Assembly (NCBI GenBank): GCA_013265495.1
Contig: MU058065.1
Coordinates: 684,001 to 748,000, forward strand
Direction of reading: 5' to 3'
Origin: Vicugna vicugna
Taxonomy: Eukaryota
Length of the DNA: 64,000 nt
A model generated the notes under the pieces. That model was not told the DNA's origin. It did not search any database and was given only the letters and a program-made list of their open reading frames with translations. Numbering within the stretch: position 1 is the stretch's first letter; every line of letters begins with the position of its first letter. Shown here piece after piece: positions 12,401-26,700 of this stretch. The translations under genes and the position numbers were made by a program.

Positions 12401-14086
12401 TCTTTCCTAATTGCTTCCAATCGCCTTCTCATCTGGCCACTCTCCTCAGCTAGACATGCTCCATTTACTCCTAAAATCTGCCCAACAGTTGATGGTACTC
12501 CCCCGATTTATGTAACTTCCAAGAATTCTTCCCACACCAGGGATGGTTTTGGACCAGGCTAGATTTTCTTCTAATCTCATAAACCAAGTTCCTTGTAACA
12601 GAATTCCAAGTCTGACCCAATCTCTTTTGATTTTGAAGAAGCAACAGCATGTTACATTTTCACCACCACAGTTTGCTTTGCTCCACGTGCATCACATGCC
12701 CAGTTTTACTGTTCTGCGATTCATGGTTCACACTGAGTAAAGCCAGAAACCCCCCACCAAAAAAAAACAACAACAAAAAAACCCAACTTGTAAAATACTT
12801 TTGAGACTCACGTTGTTGCGTAGAGCAACATGTCACCTTGACAGCAGAGATGAAGTTTAATTTCAAATCCATTAGATAGTAGCCTTAAATTGAACTCGGA
12901 CTAAAATGAATTGTGATGCAATAATTTTATCCTTAAATAACTTGATGCCCAGATGTGTTCCTCCTCTGTTCGGTGTGCTTTGGACAAGCTTAGCATGGGT
13001 CAGACATCATCTCATTATCACCTTTTCAAACTAATTATGTCAGACTCTTAATTTCTTATTTACACAGAAATGGTAGATGAAAGTTTTATGCAATAACATG
13101 TACAAGACAGGGCTTTATTAGCCTCAAAATCTAGCAAGTGCCATCTGTGGATGCTCACAAATAATTTTTCAATTGATTGCATGGCTTGTTTATTTTCTCT
13201 TCTTTTATTCTCAGACTGGGCTCAAAGAATATTCTCCATGGAGATCTGGTAAAATGCCAAATTCAGAAGTTATTGTGAAGCATTTTTGGTCACTTGTTGA
13301 AGGAAAGAAAATTTATACTACTTTAATTTTATCCTCTAAAGTACAATCAAAACATTTTCACCACTCCTTCTGTATCTCTTCTCTTCATTTCCTCTAGCTG
13401 CTTTTTGTTGTTGTTGTTAAGCTCCTGACTCTCTCTTGCATGCAAATTGTTAGGTTTGTCATGAGACGTTTTCCTTGGAAAGTGGTGTGTTTCTTTTAAC
13501 AAAGAGCATGTCATCACTGACTCCAAGGACCGTTGGCTCAAATGGCAGAGTGACCTTAAGAGTAACTTAGGATTGGTCTCACTGCAAATTCTGTTTTCTG
13601 TAAAATTTACAACATATGATTGAAGGCTTCCATGAAACACACTTCTATTTTAAAATCAAGTATCTTTTGTTAAAAGAATTCTTGAAACAGATGAATGGTG
13701 ACTTCATAACATTCATGACTGGGGCCAAAATAAAGACAAATATCTTACTTGAATAAAATTTGAATTGAAATTTAAAAAAAATGATAGAAAGACCCAAGAC
13801 TCAATCTGGAAAGGATTTAAGAAAAATTATTATTTATCGGTCACTTTCATCTCTCTCTGGCTCTTTCACTCTCTCTCTCTCTTTGCTTTTGCACTTGGTT
13901 TCTTCCACTCCTTACCGAGAAGCCAACAAAACCATGAGAACATGGGGGAAAATACTAAAGTACACCACAGATGTTAAAAAAGTAGCCGTGTTTTGCATTT
14001 TAGACAAGATTCTATTCAAGTCCTTTGAAAACATGCATTTTGAGTCTGGCTTTTCTCCAAAATGTAAGGGAAGATTAAAGTGTTTC

Positions 14087-14138
14087 TATATATTTATATA
14101 TATTATATATATATATATATAATATATATATATATATA
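14087..14138. repeat. Interrupted (TA)n microsatellite
   Basis: Read directly. Confidence 0.9.
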
Positions 14139-15179
14139 CTGAGTGTAAAATATGGCACTAAGGAGAGGGTGACACTTGTCTGTAATCAGATATTTGGGCT
14201 TTGACATATGACCTTAAATTTCCTGTTTAAAACCAAAAACCTCTGTGCTTTTTACAGAGCAAAAAAGCAGGAGGGTTCTTTTATTTAAATTAAAAACCTG
14301 TGTTTTGTTAAAGGTCTCTTGGGTTTCAACTTCTCTGGGGAAATACAGGTTTGAGATTCTTTTTGCTTGTTTCCAAAAATATATTATTTGGGGTATTGCA
14401 CTTCATATAAATCTTCCATATGTGACAAAGTTTTTAGATCTCAAAATTGCTCTGGTTCTACAAAATTTTTCCTGATTCCACTAAGCCTTGAGTGATGCTA
14501 AGAGTACATCATTCAAATCTTCCAGTGCAAGAAGAAGCAAGTAGGCAGAGACTGATTTTTTGGAAGGGTTTGGAAAGGAAATAAAATTGAAGAGAGAGGG
14601 GTTTTGTTTGAAGATGGTAGGTTGAACATATACATTTAGCTAAGCTCTCTCCCCAAACCTTCTTAAATGATATGAAAGTCTATTAACAAGGAAAGGTATA
14701 AACCCACAAGCATAAAAAGAGCAGAAGACATAGAACAGAACAGGCTAGTGAGATGCTTGAAAGCAGAAGGATGAGTGGTAAGAAACCAGGGAGAAGGAAT
14801 CCTAAGTCAACAGGAAGGAAAGACTCTAAAGAGTCTTCAAAAAGTTGGGTGACTCTGAAAATAGGGAAGAAGGTGTGAATAACAAATAAATGGATCAAAT
14901 TCTATTTAAGGAGCAGAATCCCTGATCCCTTCTCTCACTCTCAGTGGTGACACAGGTGCCTTTATTGACAGAACATTTCTGGAAAAGAGTCGGCTTTTAA
15001 AGATTTATGAGATTTAACTGGAATCACCTGGATAATCAGGGATACTCCTCTCCAACCCAAAGTTCTTAAATATAAATGCCACGTAAGATAACAAGTTCAT
15101 AAATTCCAAGGATTAGGATGTGGACATGGTTGTTGTTAGTCCACCTATCATAAGGTTTAAGAAAGGGATTATCTTTAGA

Positions 15180-15720
15180 AGGACATTGCAGTAATCCAGA
15201 AATAGAATCCTAGTTGCCTAACATAAGCAGTAGACAGGGCAAATGGACTGACTTTGGAAATATTTTGAAGGTAGTGCAGACATTACTAGGTGGTTGGCTA
15301 TGGAGAATGTGGGAGAGAGAGCCTTCAAATATGATGCACAGATTTCCATGATAGGTCAGTGACTGGTGGAGCTATTCCTCAAGCATCAGAATTAGAGAAA
15401 AAGGAACAAGTTTGAGAAAAGACGAACATAGTCTAGGCATGAAGTGAATAAGGATCCAGGAAGACATTTAGGTAAAAGGCTCAAGACAAATCTCAGTTGG
15501 ATTTATAGATTTTGGAATCATTAGCTATGGTATATGAAGTCATGATATAAGATAAAGATAATCAATGAATGTGTAGGAAAAGAATGGAAAAATTTAGAGC
15601 AGAACCCAGAGATACATTTATATTTTTAGAAATAGGTAGAGTAAAGGAGAATGTGGAGGAAAAGAGTGGAGGGAAGTTTAGATAAAAAACCAGGAAGCCA
15701 AGAGCAAAGAGGACAGTGGG
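15180..15720 (-). mobile_element. Degraded L2 fragment
   Basis: Purine-rich; 'attgcagtaatccag', 'gaaatattttgaaggtag', 'tatagattttggaatcattagc' resemble antisense L2. Confidence 0.6.
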
Positions 15721-18252
15721 ATCCTGATGAATGTTCATTCTCAAGGGCTGAAGTTTCTCTGCTATAACACTGGGTATGTTATTTATCTTACAAAGAGAAC
15801 ATAAAATTTAGTCAAGTTAAATAATGCAAACATAAGTAATTAATACAGATTTCCCCATAGCTGGGAAATAAGCATTTATTAATTAGTCCCAGAGGTTCCA
15901 ATTTTTTTTAATGCCCTATTGTCTGTCTTAAATAGGAAGGGCCATTTCTATTCTTCCTACTCATTTTCCAAATAGTTTTATAAAAAGTTGTTTTCTTCTC
16001 TCATATCTAAAATAGACGCAGGAATTGATTTGTGCTAAGGATATGAAAAATATGCAAACTGTTCAAGAAATTTGTCTATAAGAATTCAAATCTGTAGACT
16101 GGAAGATAAAGTGGAAAATTTCTATCTACTGGTTTGCATAATTTTCACTTTCATCTCTTCCAGATGAGCCAAATTTTAGATTTCTCGTCCTAAATTATGT
16201 GCCAAATCACATTAGGATGCAGCTACTTACGTCCACCATTTTTAAAACCAACTGAATCATTATTCCAGATATTGAGCACTCTTTGGGGCCAAAAATGTGC
16301 TGAGAACATGTCAACTACTCCATGGAACTGGGTCTATGGTTTTGCCAGAGGCTACTGATACCTGTTGTGGACTAAACCTGACATATTTCTTTTCAGGTGG
16401 CTTGCATACATGACCAAGTATGAATATAGAAGGTAGCAAGGCATTGCAAACAAAAACCGGTTAGTATCTAATCATATTTTCCTTTTAACAGTGAAATTGG
16501 AATTAAAAGAATAGACTAATATTGTTAAATGGTGGATGTTAAAAACATTTCAAACAATTATTTATTTCCCAAACTATAAATGGCATTATTTCTAAAGATA
16601 TTTCAATGTGGAAGTCCAGCATAGTAGTAAGTTAATGTATGATTTCTCATTATAGTAATTAAACTATTTTAAGTGGCAGGCATAAAATGTGTTGGATTTT
16701 GTTGAAAAACTGTTCCTATCCAACATAGTACTTTACAGTCTTTCCAGTGAAAAAAGAAAATTCTGTTTAGCTGAAATTCTTTTCTGTAAAGTTACATTGA
16801 TTCTCAAGAAGAGCTAACAATCCTGATATTCAAAATTTAGAAATCAGGTGGGTAATACTGAAATGCCTGGGATAAAGTAGTCAGCAACAGCACATATGCA
16901 ATTGCCTTGATATAGGGCTAAATGGCAGTGTACTTATTTATATGTTTCTGACGATACAGTCTTGAATGTGTCATTGCACTGAAAGATCCCCCTAGGATTT
17001 TGATGACTGTTTTCTCAGTCACTATTAAGTGCTTGGTATCTTGCTATACTACCAACATGGCAAAAACTTTTGTTACCTTGATCCTAAGCTCTGTACCCAC
17101 AATTTGAAACTTACCCAAATGAAATGAATGCCAGGGCATTATAATGCAGCATCTCTTCTGCAATGGGATTATCAGTCTCTGTGTGGGGAGCTACTTTCAT
17201 TTCCTTAAAACCCAGAAGATTGTTGCCTGGGAAGGGAGGTGGATAAAGAGTTAAAAGTTGTAGGTGCCCTAAAATCATAATGTTGACAATGCTAACAGTG
17301 AAATTTCTGTTGCTGCCTCTTTTCTCCACTGAAAATCCAGGAAAATTGATGAAACAGGATTCAGAAGGCGAGATCATTGACAAAGATTATAGTCTCAAAG
17401 ATATCCTGGACAAAGCTTTCAATTCTGTGATCTGTTTTAGAATAAGCTTAAAGTTACCGTATGTTTATTGTCGCTTCAATTTTTTTTCTGAAAATAGTAT
17501 TTCAGCATCTCTAGGATGTATTGGGGGCTCCAATTTTCAATCTTTAGAACTGGCCTAGCTTAGTGCCTCCCTGGTAGATTGTGGGTGATCAGTAAGTCAG
17601 TGTCTGAGTGGCTGCTGAATAGAGATGACTGAGCAGTAATAAGGAGACCTATCATCAGTCACCTCCTTGAAAGCTAGTTGAGGGGAAGTGGATTTTTATC
17701 AAAGCATTAATCTAACGGAAGTAGCTTTGCTAAGAAGCTGTAGTTACAGCATTTTTGGAAAATCAGCTATAAAGGGAAAATACACACAGTCTCAAGAAGG
17801 GGCTGGAAAGAAAAGGTCATGCTATTTATTGAGTATCTATTCTGTAGAAATAATTGGGCACTCATATACCATTATCACATCTAATTCCCATAATCCTAAG
17901 ATGAATATTAACATCTCTATATAAAAGATCTGACTGAAACTGGATCTTAGTGAAGTATCTAACAAACAAATTTCTGCTACTAAAAATCATGAAAGTAAGG
18001 TTAAAATCTTGACATGTGATGCTAAAGCTGATTTCTTTCATTAGATGATACAGTCTTCCTAGTAAGAGAGAAAATAAGTGATTTTCTTCTGCTGTTGCCA
18101 TAAAGGGCTATTTGATTATCTCTGTAGGTAACTTATTATCCTCAATCTTTGATATATATAATCTTACAATCCCAGCATACTTTTTGAACTATGACCTCTC
18201 ATTGTCCTCACAACCTAGCAAGATCATGTTACTTCAAGAGATAATAGGCATT

Positions 18253-20419
18253 AAAAAGCTGAGAGCATTTCCTCTTAGATCAGGAGAAAAACAAGGATGC
18301 CCACTCTTGCCACTTTTATTCAACACGGTATCAGAAGTCCTAGCCACAGCAATCAGACAAGATAAAGAAATAAAATGAATCCAAATTGGAAAGAAGTAAA
18401 ACTGTCACTGTTTGCAGATGATACAATATTACATGTAGAAAATCCTAAAGGCAACATAAGAAAACAACTAGAGCTCATTAATGAATTCAATAAACTTGAA
18501 GGATACAAATTTAATATATACATAAATCTGTTGTATTTCTATACGCTAACAGTGAACTATTAGAAAGAGAAATTAAAGAAACAATCCCATTTACCATTGC
18601 ATCATAAATAATAAAACACCCAGGAATAAACCTACCTATAGAGGTGAAATATTCAGAAAACTGTAAGAGTAAAAGACTCTAAAGAAAGAGATTGAAGAAG
18701 ACACAGATAGAAAGATACACTGTGTTCTTGGATTGGAAGAATTAATATTGTTAAAATGACCATACTACCTAAAGCAATCTACAGATTTCATTCAGTCCCT
18801 ATTAAAATACCAATGGCATTTTTCACAGAACTAGAACAAATAATTGTAAAATGCATAAGGAAACACAAAAGACCCCAAATAGCCAAAACAATCTTGAGAA
18901 AGAAGATTAGAGCTGTAGAAATCACATTCTCTGTTTCAGATTATACTACAAAGTTATACTAATCAAAAAAGTATGGGATTGGCATAAAAACAGACACACA
19001 GATCAATGGAACAGAATAGAGAGCCCAGAAATAAACTCACATACTTATGGTCAATTAAACTACAACAAAGGAGGGAAGAATATACAATGGAGAAAAGACA
19101 GTGTCTTCAATTAGTGGTGCAGGGAAAACTGAACAACTACACAGAAAAGAATGACGTTAGAACATTCTCCAACACCATATACAAAAATAAAGTTAAAATT
19201 AATTAAGATTTAAATGTAGGACTGGATACTATAAAACTCCTAGAGGAAAACATAGGCAGAACACTCTTTGACATAAATCATAGCAGTATTTTTTGGAGGG
19301 ATCTATCTCCTAAAGCAAAGGAAGTAAAAGCAAAAATAAAGAAACGGGACCTAGTTAAAATGGAAAGTTTTTGCACAGCAAAGAAAACCACTCACAAAAT
19401 GAAAAGACAACCTACTGAGTGGAAGTAAATATTTACAAATGATATGACAGATAAGGGGTTGATATCCAAAATATATAAATAGCTCACACAACCCAACATC
19501 AAAATAAAAACTACATTGAAAATGGGCAGAAGATTGAATAGATATTTTTCCAAAGGTCAACAGGCACATGAAAATATGCACAACTTTGCTAGTAATTAGG
19601 GAAATGCAAATCAAAACTACAATGAGATATCACCTCACACCTGAGAGAATGGCTATCATCAAAAAGAATACAAATAACAAGTGTTGGTGAGGATGTGGAG
19701 AAAAGGTATAGGCTAAAAATTGGCACAGCCACTTAGGAAAACAATATGGAGGTTCCTCAAAAAACTAAAAATAGAACTACCATATGACCCAGCAATTCCA
19801 CTTCTGGGTATATATCCAAAAAAAGAAAAAAAAATAGTAATTCAAAAAGATACACACACCCTACTGTTCATAGGAGCATCATTTACAATTGCCAAAATAT
19901 GGAAGCAATGTAAGTGCACATCAACAGATGGATGGATAAAAAGGATATGATTGATATATATATATATATATCGAGAGAGAGAGAGAGGAATACTTCTCAG
20001 CTGTTAAAAAGACTGAAATAATGCCATTTGCAACAACATGGATGGACTTGGAGGGTATTATGCTAAGTAAAATAATTCAGACCGAGAAAGACAAATACTG
20101 TATGATATCACTTATATGTGGAATCTAAAAAATAAAACAGACTAGTGAACATAACAAAAAAGAAATAGATTCACAGATACAGAAAACAAACTAGTGGTTA
20201 CCAGTGGGGAAAGGGAAGCAGGAGCAATATAAGGGTAGGGGATTAAGAAATATGGACTATCATGTATAAAATAAGCTACAAGGATATATTGTATAACACA
20301 GGGGATATAGCCAATATTTTATTATAACTATAAATGGAGTATAACTTTTAAAAATTGTGAATCACTCTATTGTACACCTGTAACATAATATTGTACATCA
20401 TCTATACTTCAATAAAAAA
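18253..20419 (+). mobile_element. 5'-truncated LINE-1: RT to C-terminal part of ORF2 (frameshifted) plus 3' UTR
   Basis: ORF pieces [34 protein letters not shown] (RT motif), [36 protein letters not shown]; ends in aataaaaaa; possible degenerate TSD aagagataatag / aagaggtagtag. Confidence 0.97.
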
Positions 20420-20869
20420 GAGGTAGTAGAGTTTGTATTTATCCACATCAGTCCAATTTATCATGAGATTCTTTTACATGGACTTCTTATGTGAGTTAAA
20501 TATTTCTAAATATTGCTCATGGCCTTATTCAGTAGTTAATCCCCATAGCATTTAAGTAAAAATAATTTAGCATTAATACCTTTTAAATTACAGTTCTGTG
20601 ACTTTAAGTTAAATTTATTTTGCATAGAATTTAATTTGTACGTGTATAACATAATATTTTCAATTTTAAATATTACTGTAAAGCAATGTGATTGCTTTGT
20701 TTGCCAATGGGATTTACATATTCAAAGTTATAGCTTTGGAATATTATATACTCATTACAATGGATGTTGTCATTGTTTTAAAAACATTTTTTGTAGGAAA
20801 CTTTTTGGATTTTTCTGTGCACTCTCTGCACAGGAAAATGTTTCTGGTTTCTCCATCTCATGGGCATCA

Positions 20870-21209
20870 GATAAGAATGTACTTTCAGTGATCTTGAGTT
20901 TGGATGAGTGTGTATGATCATGGCTAACAAATGAGTTAGAAATGGAAGTCATATATGTTATTTTTGAGCTAAAGACTTAATAACGTATCCAAGACCACTC
21001 TTATTCCTCTGGCGCAAGAATCAATAACATTGAAGACAGTGGTCTCCCCATTAGCCTGGGTTCTTATGTAACAACAGTAGTCAGAGTCCCCTTGCCAATC
21101 ATTGATAGTGTGTAGTGTGCATGAGAAATAAAGCTTTGTGGTCATAACTCACTGATGTTTGAGGATAATTTGTTGCCACAGCACAACTTGGCCTGTCTTG
21201 ACTAATACA
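20870..21209 (+). mobile_element. Old MLT1 LTR (3' part)
   Basis: 'gagaaataaagctttgtgg...tttgttgccacagcacaac...tgactaataca' is the typical MLT1 3' end. Confidence 0.75.
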
Positions 21210-21229
21210 TTCCTCAACATGTTGATACT

Positions 21230-21500
21230 GCTTTGTGCCTTTGCACAGGCTGCTTTTCCGTCTCTGAAACTCACACACTTTAATAACTTGCTAAATAATA
21301 AGGTATCTTTTAAAACTCAGAGCATATGTTCACACTTCTGGAAAATCTCTCATAATTGATTCAGCCACAAATCTGGATTAGGTAACTTACCTTTCAATTC
21401 ACAAGCACAGAGTGATTATACATATCACATTCTATTATAATTTACTGTGTTATTTGTCACTTTCACCACAATGTTAGTTCTCTAAAGGACTAAGGCAGGC
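21230..21500 (+). mobile_element. Degraded L2 fragment
   Basis: 'tgcctttgcacaggctgcttttcc...tcttttaaaactcagagc' resembles L2 3' region. Confidence 0.5.
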
Positions 21501-21849
21501 TATATTTTTTACAGAGAAATTTTTTTTCATTTATTCATCTATTTGCAAATCAACAATTAAAGCTAAGTAAATGAAAAAGGCAGGCTATTTTTGTATATCC
21601 TGAGTATTTTATTCTTGGTAGCATTCTTAGGAGAGGTAAATAGAGTGAGAATTGAATGCATATATGATTATTGATTGAGTGATTGAATGAATGGATATAT
21701 GAATAAATAAAAGCAGTATTATCAATGGTCACAAGTTTTCTTTTTTGGAAAGAGAAAAAAATGATAGGAGACAGAAACTAAAAGAACTATACTTTAGGCA
21801 TATTGATAATCATTTATACTTCTGTAATACTTCAGTGTTTACAAAGAAG

Positions 21850-22000
21850 TTCCCCTTTGCATATTGTCTACTTGATATTCCCATCAGTCTGGTTTGGGCA
21901 GACAATATTTTCCCTGTTTTACAAGTGAGGAACCTGAGCTCCAAAAAAGTGACATGCTCAAGATCAAACAGCCTGGGGAGCTAAGTCATCTATAAAGCCA
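21850..22000 (-). mobile_element. MIR fragment
   Basis: 'ccctgttttacaagtgaggaacctgagctcc...gtgacatgctcaagatcaaacagc'. Confidence 0.7.
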
Positions 22001-22395
22001 TTCATTCAGATTTCCTCACTGACTTTGAGGTAATGTGAGGGGGTTTCAGTTCATGTGAAAAAAAAAAAAGTCCAATAACCTAAAATTAAAAAAAAATAAA
22101 AAATAAAAAGCTCTAGCCAATAAATAATACAGAGAAGAGCAGGGGTCAAGACTCATGCTTAAGAGACTCACTCATTTGGGGCCAGGGGTATGGGAAAGGA
22201 GGAAACAAAGATACAATAAGGGAGTGAGAAGAAGAGTGTGAAGGAAAGAAAAAGTAAAAGAGAAATGGAAATATTACACAGTTTCAGAAAAGAAAGCATA
22301 GTGGTCAGCAAAAAAAGGAAGCAGAGTGATGGCACAAAGGAGACTGAGTTGCTACAACAGATTCTGTGGAGTAACTAGATACCAAACTGTGAAGG

Positions 22396-23020
22396 CTTTT
22401 TTTTTTTTTTTCATGATAACTTCATTGAGATATAGTTCCCATGTCATACAATTCACCCATTTAAAGTATACAATTCAATGATTTTTAACGTATCAACAAG
22501 TATGTGTAATTATCAGCACAATTTTAGAACATTTTTTTTGCCCTAAAAAGAAACTGTATGTTTTAACTATCACTGTCCTAATCCTCCAAACCCTCTTCCC
22601 TCCCCCTCATCACAGGCAACCATTAATTCACTTTCTGTTTCTGTAGAATTCCCTGTTCTGGACATTTCATATGAATGGACTCAGGTAATGTGTGGTTGTT
22701 TGTTGCTGGCTTCTTTCGCTTTTCTTAATATTTTCAAGGACTGTCCATGTTGCATCATGTATCAGTACTTCATTACTTTTTATGGATGAGTAACGTTCCA
22801 TTGTGTGGATATACCACATTTCATATACCCATTCATCAGTTGACATTTGGGTTGTTTTTATCCTTTGACTATTGTGAATGATGCTCCTATAATTATCCGT
22901 GTATACGTTTTTGTGTGGACATATATTTTCAATTCTCTTAGGTAAATATCTAAAAATAGAATTTCTGGGTCATATAATTAATTATCTGAGAAACTATCAG
23001 ACTGTTTTCCAAAGCAGTTT
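22396..23020 (-). mobile_element. L1M (L1MB/MC-like) 3' end with poly(A) tail
   Basis: Poly-T at 22396-22412, then 'ttcattgagatatagttc...caattcacccatttaaagtatacaattcaatg...ctatcagactgttttccaaagcag'. Confidence 0.9.
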
Positions 23021-23139
23021 TGCTTCGAATTGTGAAATCTTAATGCAGTGGTGCTGAAGGTTAGGAAGAAGAGGTGATGTGTACAGACTCCTCCTTTAAG
23101 GTGGGGGCTTTATAACTTAGTAGATTTTGGAGACAGTTT

Positions 23140-23335
23140 GGTTGTGTTTGAAACTTGGCTATATTACCTGCTGGATATACGACTCAGGAAAGGATACTAA
23201 GCTTCTTTATTCCTAAATTTCCTCCTCTGCAAAATGGAGATGATTATAGTAACTGCCTCAGACAGTTGTGTTAAAGGAGGTACACGTGCAAGTACTTGCC
23301 ATGATCACTGGCACACAGTAGGCACTATATTGATG
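23140..23335 (+). mobile_element. MIR
   Basis: 'tttcctcctctgcaaaatggagatgattatag...ctggcacacagtaggcact'. Confidence 0.75.
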
Positions 23336-23394
23336 TAAGCCTTGACTAAGAATGTCTACAGTGAAGGACATGTTATTTAATTAAGCAACACTAC

Positions 23395-23768
23395 TGCTAT
23401 GGACTGAATTGTGTTCTCCCCCCAGTTCATATATTGAACCTCTAACCTCCCATGTGATGATATTTGGAGATGGGGTCTTTGGGAGGTCATTATGTTTAGA
23501 TGAGGTTATGAGGGTGGGGCCTTCATGATGGAATTAGTGCCCTTATAAAAGGATATACCAGAGAGCCGGTTTCCTTTTTCTCTTTCTCCTCCATCAGAGG
23601 ACCCAGGAAGATGGTGGGCATCTGCAAGCCAGGAAGACAGTCTTCACTGGGGAATCAAATCAGGTGGCACCTGGATCCTGGACTTCCCAGCCCTTGGATC
23701 TGTGAGAAATAAATTCTATTGTTTAAGCACTCCATCTGTGGTGCTTTGTAATAGAAGCCTGAGCTAAT
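23395..23768 (+). mobile_element. MLT1A/B-type solo LTR
   Basis: Starts tgctatggactgaattgtgttc; contains 'ggacttcccagcc...tgtgagaaataaattctattgtttaagc'. Confidence 0.9.
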
Positions 23769-26700
23769 GGGAGGATTCAGGAAAGATTTTTTTTTTCTAT
23801 TTTGGAGAAGCTTGTGCATATGAAAAGGCAGAGCAGCAGAAGCCAATGGGCAGAATGGGTTTGAGGATACTTGTGAGAAACAAGTATCCTCCTAACTCGA
23901 CTTTGCAATTCACAACCTGTACTTTAATAAAGCTGCTGATATCCTGATCACATATTTACTATATTGCATTAAAATTGAGTTCCAGGGGTCACACATCTCA
24001 AATATTTCCCAGAAGGTAGGTAACTAGAGGATAGAAATAGTCTTGTTTTGCTTTGCTTTAGCTTGCTTTGTTTAAGAAATGAGCTTCCTGCACGTCTAAC
24101 AAAACAATGTCCTGCTTTCAATTGTAAAGTTGAATTCCCTTTACCTGTTTCTTGTTCCCATCACTGAGACTGGACATGATATATTAAATAGAAGTTGGTG
24201 CCACATGTCTTACATTTCTTAATGAACAATTAGAATTAGTTACCACTGTTTTTCTATTTCCCAGCATTGTGTTCAGTGTTTCTCAGGGAGCAGGCAAAGA
24301 TAAAAGTAGAGTACATTATTTTAAATTTAAGGACATTGCCATTTATATTGTGAAATAAACCACGAATTCAGGATTAACTTCACATCTTTACAAAGCAGTA
24401 TTTCAATGTGTCAGCAGCCATACTACCACAAGAGGAATAGAGACTAGAGACAAAAATAATTCAAACATGTTGAGGAATAAAAAAGGAGAAAAAAAATTGA
24501 AATTGAAGCATGTAAATGAGCTTGTTTGGAAATGAGCTGTGGAGTTAATGGATCAGTGGATTGGAGAGAAAGATAATTCCAGACATTGGTTATAAAAGAA
24601 ACAGAGGCAGCAATTCAGATATTATGGACAAATGATAGCACATTGTGGTGTGAATGCCATAGAGATATGATGCTGGGGTAACTGTCACAAAAATCCTCAT
24701 TACCCAGTGATTTTGTAGTGATTTTTCTTTCTCATGCATGCAGATGCATATGTGGAATTTGAAGAAATTGATGGCATGGAGTTTTTAAAAGAATGGAAAG
24801 TTCATTCCAAATACTCCTCTTCAGGCTACTCCTTAAAATACAAGACATTTTGGCACTTTCCTTCATGTCATCCTTTACCTATGGGTAAGTAGATTCTTCC
24901 TTCTTTCTCAATGGCGGCATAGACAAAATAGAGATTTCCACAGCTGGGCAGAGCTCTGCTTTAAAAAATATGCTTGTGTCTCTTTTATGTTACTGGACTT
25001 TGAAAATCAAGAGTAGTTTTGATTTAAAAGATAGAAAGAAGGAAGGAAATAAATTAGGAGAGAAGAAATAAGGGGAAAAAAAGAAGGGAAGGTGAGAAGA
25101 GAATCCATGTTTCTTTACAGGATTCTTTCTAAATTCTCTTTACTGTCTTTATCACTTCTCTTGTCATCTGCTTAAATAGCGCTGCCTCCCGGCACATGAT
25201 GAAGTGGGAAGCTGTTAGGCTGGAAAGTCCCAAGGCACAAGTGGCTGCTCTGTATTCGCAGTGTGTGCCGCCTGCTAGTTATGGGCTCAGCTGAAAGTGA
25301 CAGCAATTCTCATAAAGGCTTTGGCTGTTAAATATAAAACCCAGAGCACGTCCCCCTGTGTGGAGCTGCTGCCTTTCTCTGGCTTCATCCTCCAAATGGT
25401 TCTGGAAGCATAAACTTAACTAAGTTGACTTACTTAGAAGTAAAGGCTGATCCTAGGTCACAGGATGCCCTGCAAAATTGAGCATCAGTCTTGGTGAGCA
25501 TCTCTTGACACCAAGTAGACGCACAGGTTAGAGGCTGAGATGCTTGGGGCTGATGTTACGGAGAGGAAACTGGACAAAGAGAGTCCAGGATTCATTAAAG
25601 GACCATGTCTCCCTCCAGGGAGAAACATCTGTAGAGAGGACTGTGCTGTGTCATCTTAGAGTAATGTGACGGGGTGGAAGAGACCAAGAAGACTGGTTAC
25701 ATCAGAGTTATACTTAGGGGACACGAGAGGTGGAGAAATCCCAGTATGTTCTCTTCCTCCTTCCCCCACCTCCTCATCATATTTCTAACAGTAAATACAG
25801 GTCAAAACAAGTATCAAAACTATCCTTGGAAGGTAATTAAATTAAGATATAAGATTATAACTAATAAGAGACAAAAACTACTATTATTATTAAGAGTGAC
25901 ATGAAAACTGATTAAATATCCAAATATGGACATAAAAATTAGTCATTAAGCTCCCCCAAAAAGATAGATGCATAGAATGTGGGGTGGGTAGAATTATAGC
26001 AATGAGTATATATATGTGTATATATGTGTGTATATATATATAAATATAAAATAGCATTTTATATTTGGATAAATACTGCCTCTTCTCATTGACTGCCTTC
26101 TTGAGTCACTGTCAATTTGCTTGCAATATGGTCTCCTTCAACCAGACCATTGTTCTCATTCACTGGATTCTGTAAATGACATCAAGATTCCAGGTTAGGG
26201 CAAGTCTCCATAAATAAACATATATATATATACACATATGTATCATATATATGACATCTCCATGGGACATGGTAATTAGTCTTTTATTTCCTTAATATAT
26301 GTTCTAAATTGAGAGCTTCCTCTGTCTCAGTCTTTTTGAATTAGGTTAAAGAAATGGATCCACTGGCTGGAATTTCAAATTCTTCAGTGTGTTCAGATTG
26401 CATAGCCTCTTCACCTCTTCTCCATCCTGCTGAATCAACATTTGATTTATTGTTAAAAGAAGACTAAGTGAGGGACCAGATTCCTGACGGGCATCAACTT
26501 GAGTGCGGTGAGAAAGTGCAAAGGAGTCAAGGGACCACGTAATAATGGATGGAAGAGGAGGGATCAAGGACAGAGGGATTGCAGTAAGCTTATTTCAATT
26601 GCAAGTTTTAACCATCTGAGATTCTGGGGTGAGAAGAACCTCCCAGAGATCCATCACTCCATCCCTCTGCTCTGGGTAGAACCACATCTAGGTCTTTCCA

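Noticed and set aside
16397..16432. 36-nt plus-strand exon after tttcttttcag
   Set aside because: Good acceptor but weak donor (gtagca) and no recognisable peptide
18112..19950. Functional reverse transcriptase gene
   Set aside because: 5'-truncated L1 ORF2 split by many frameshifts and stops
21385..21393. Perfect minus-strand donor AAG|GTAAGT
   Set aside because: Isolated, inside an L2 relic, and no convincing acceptor partner
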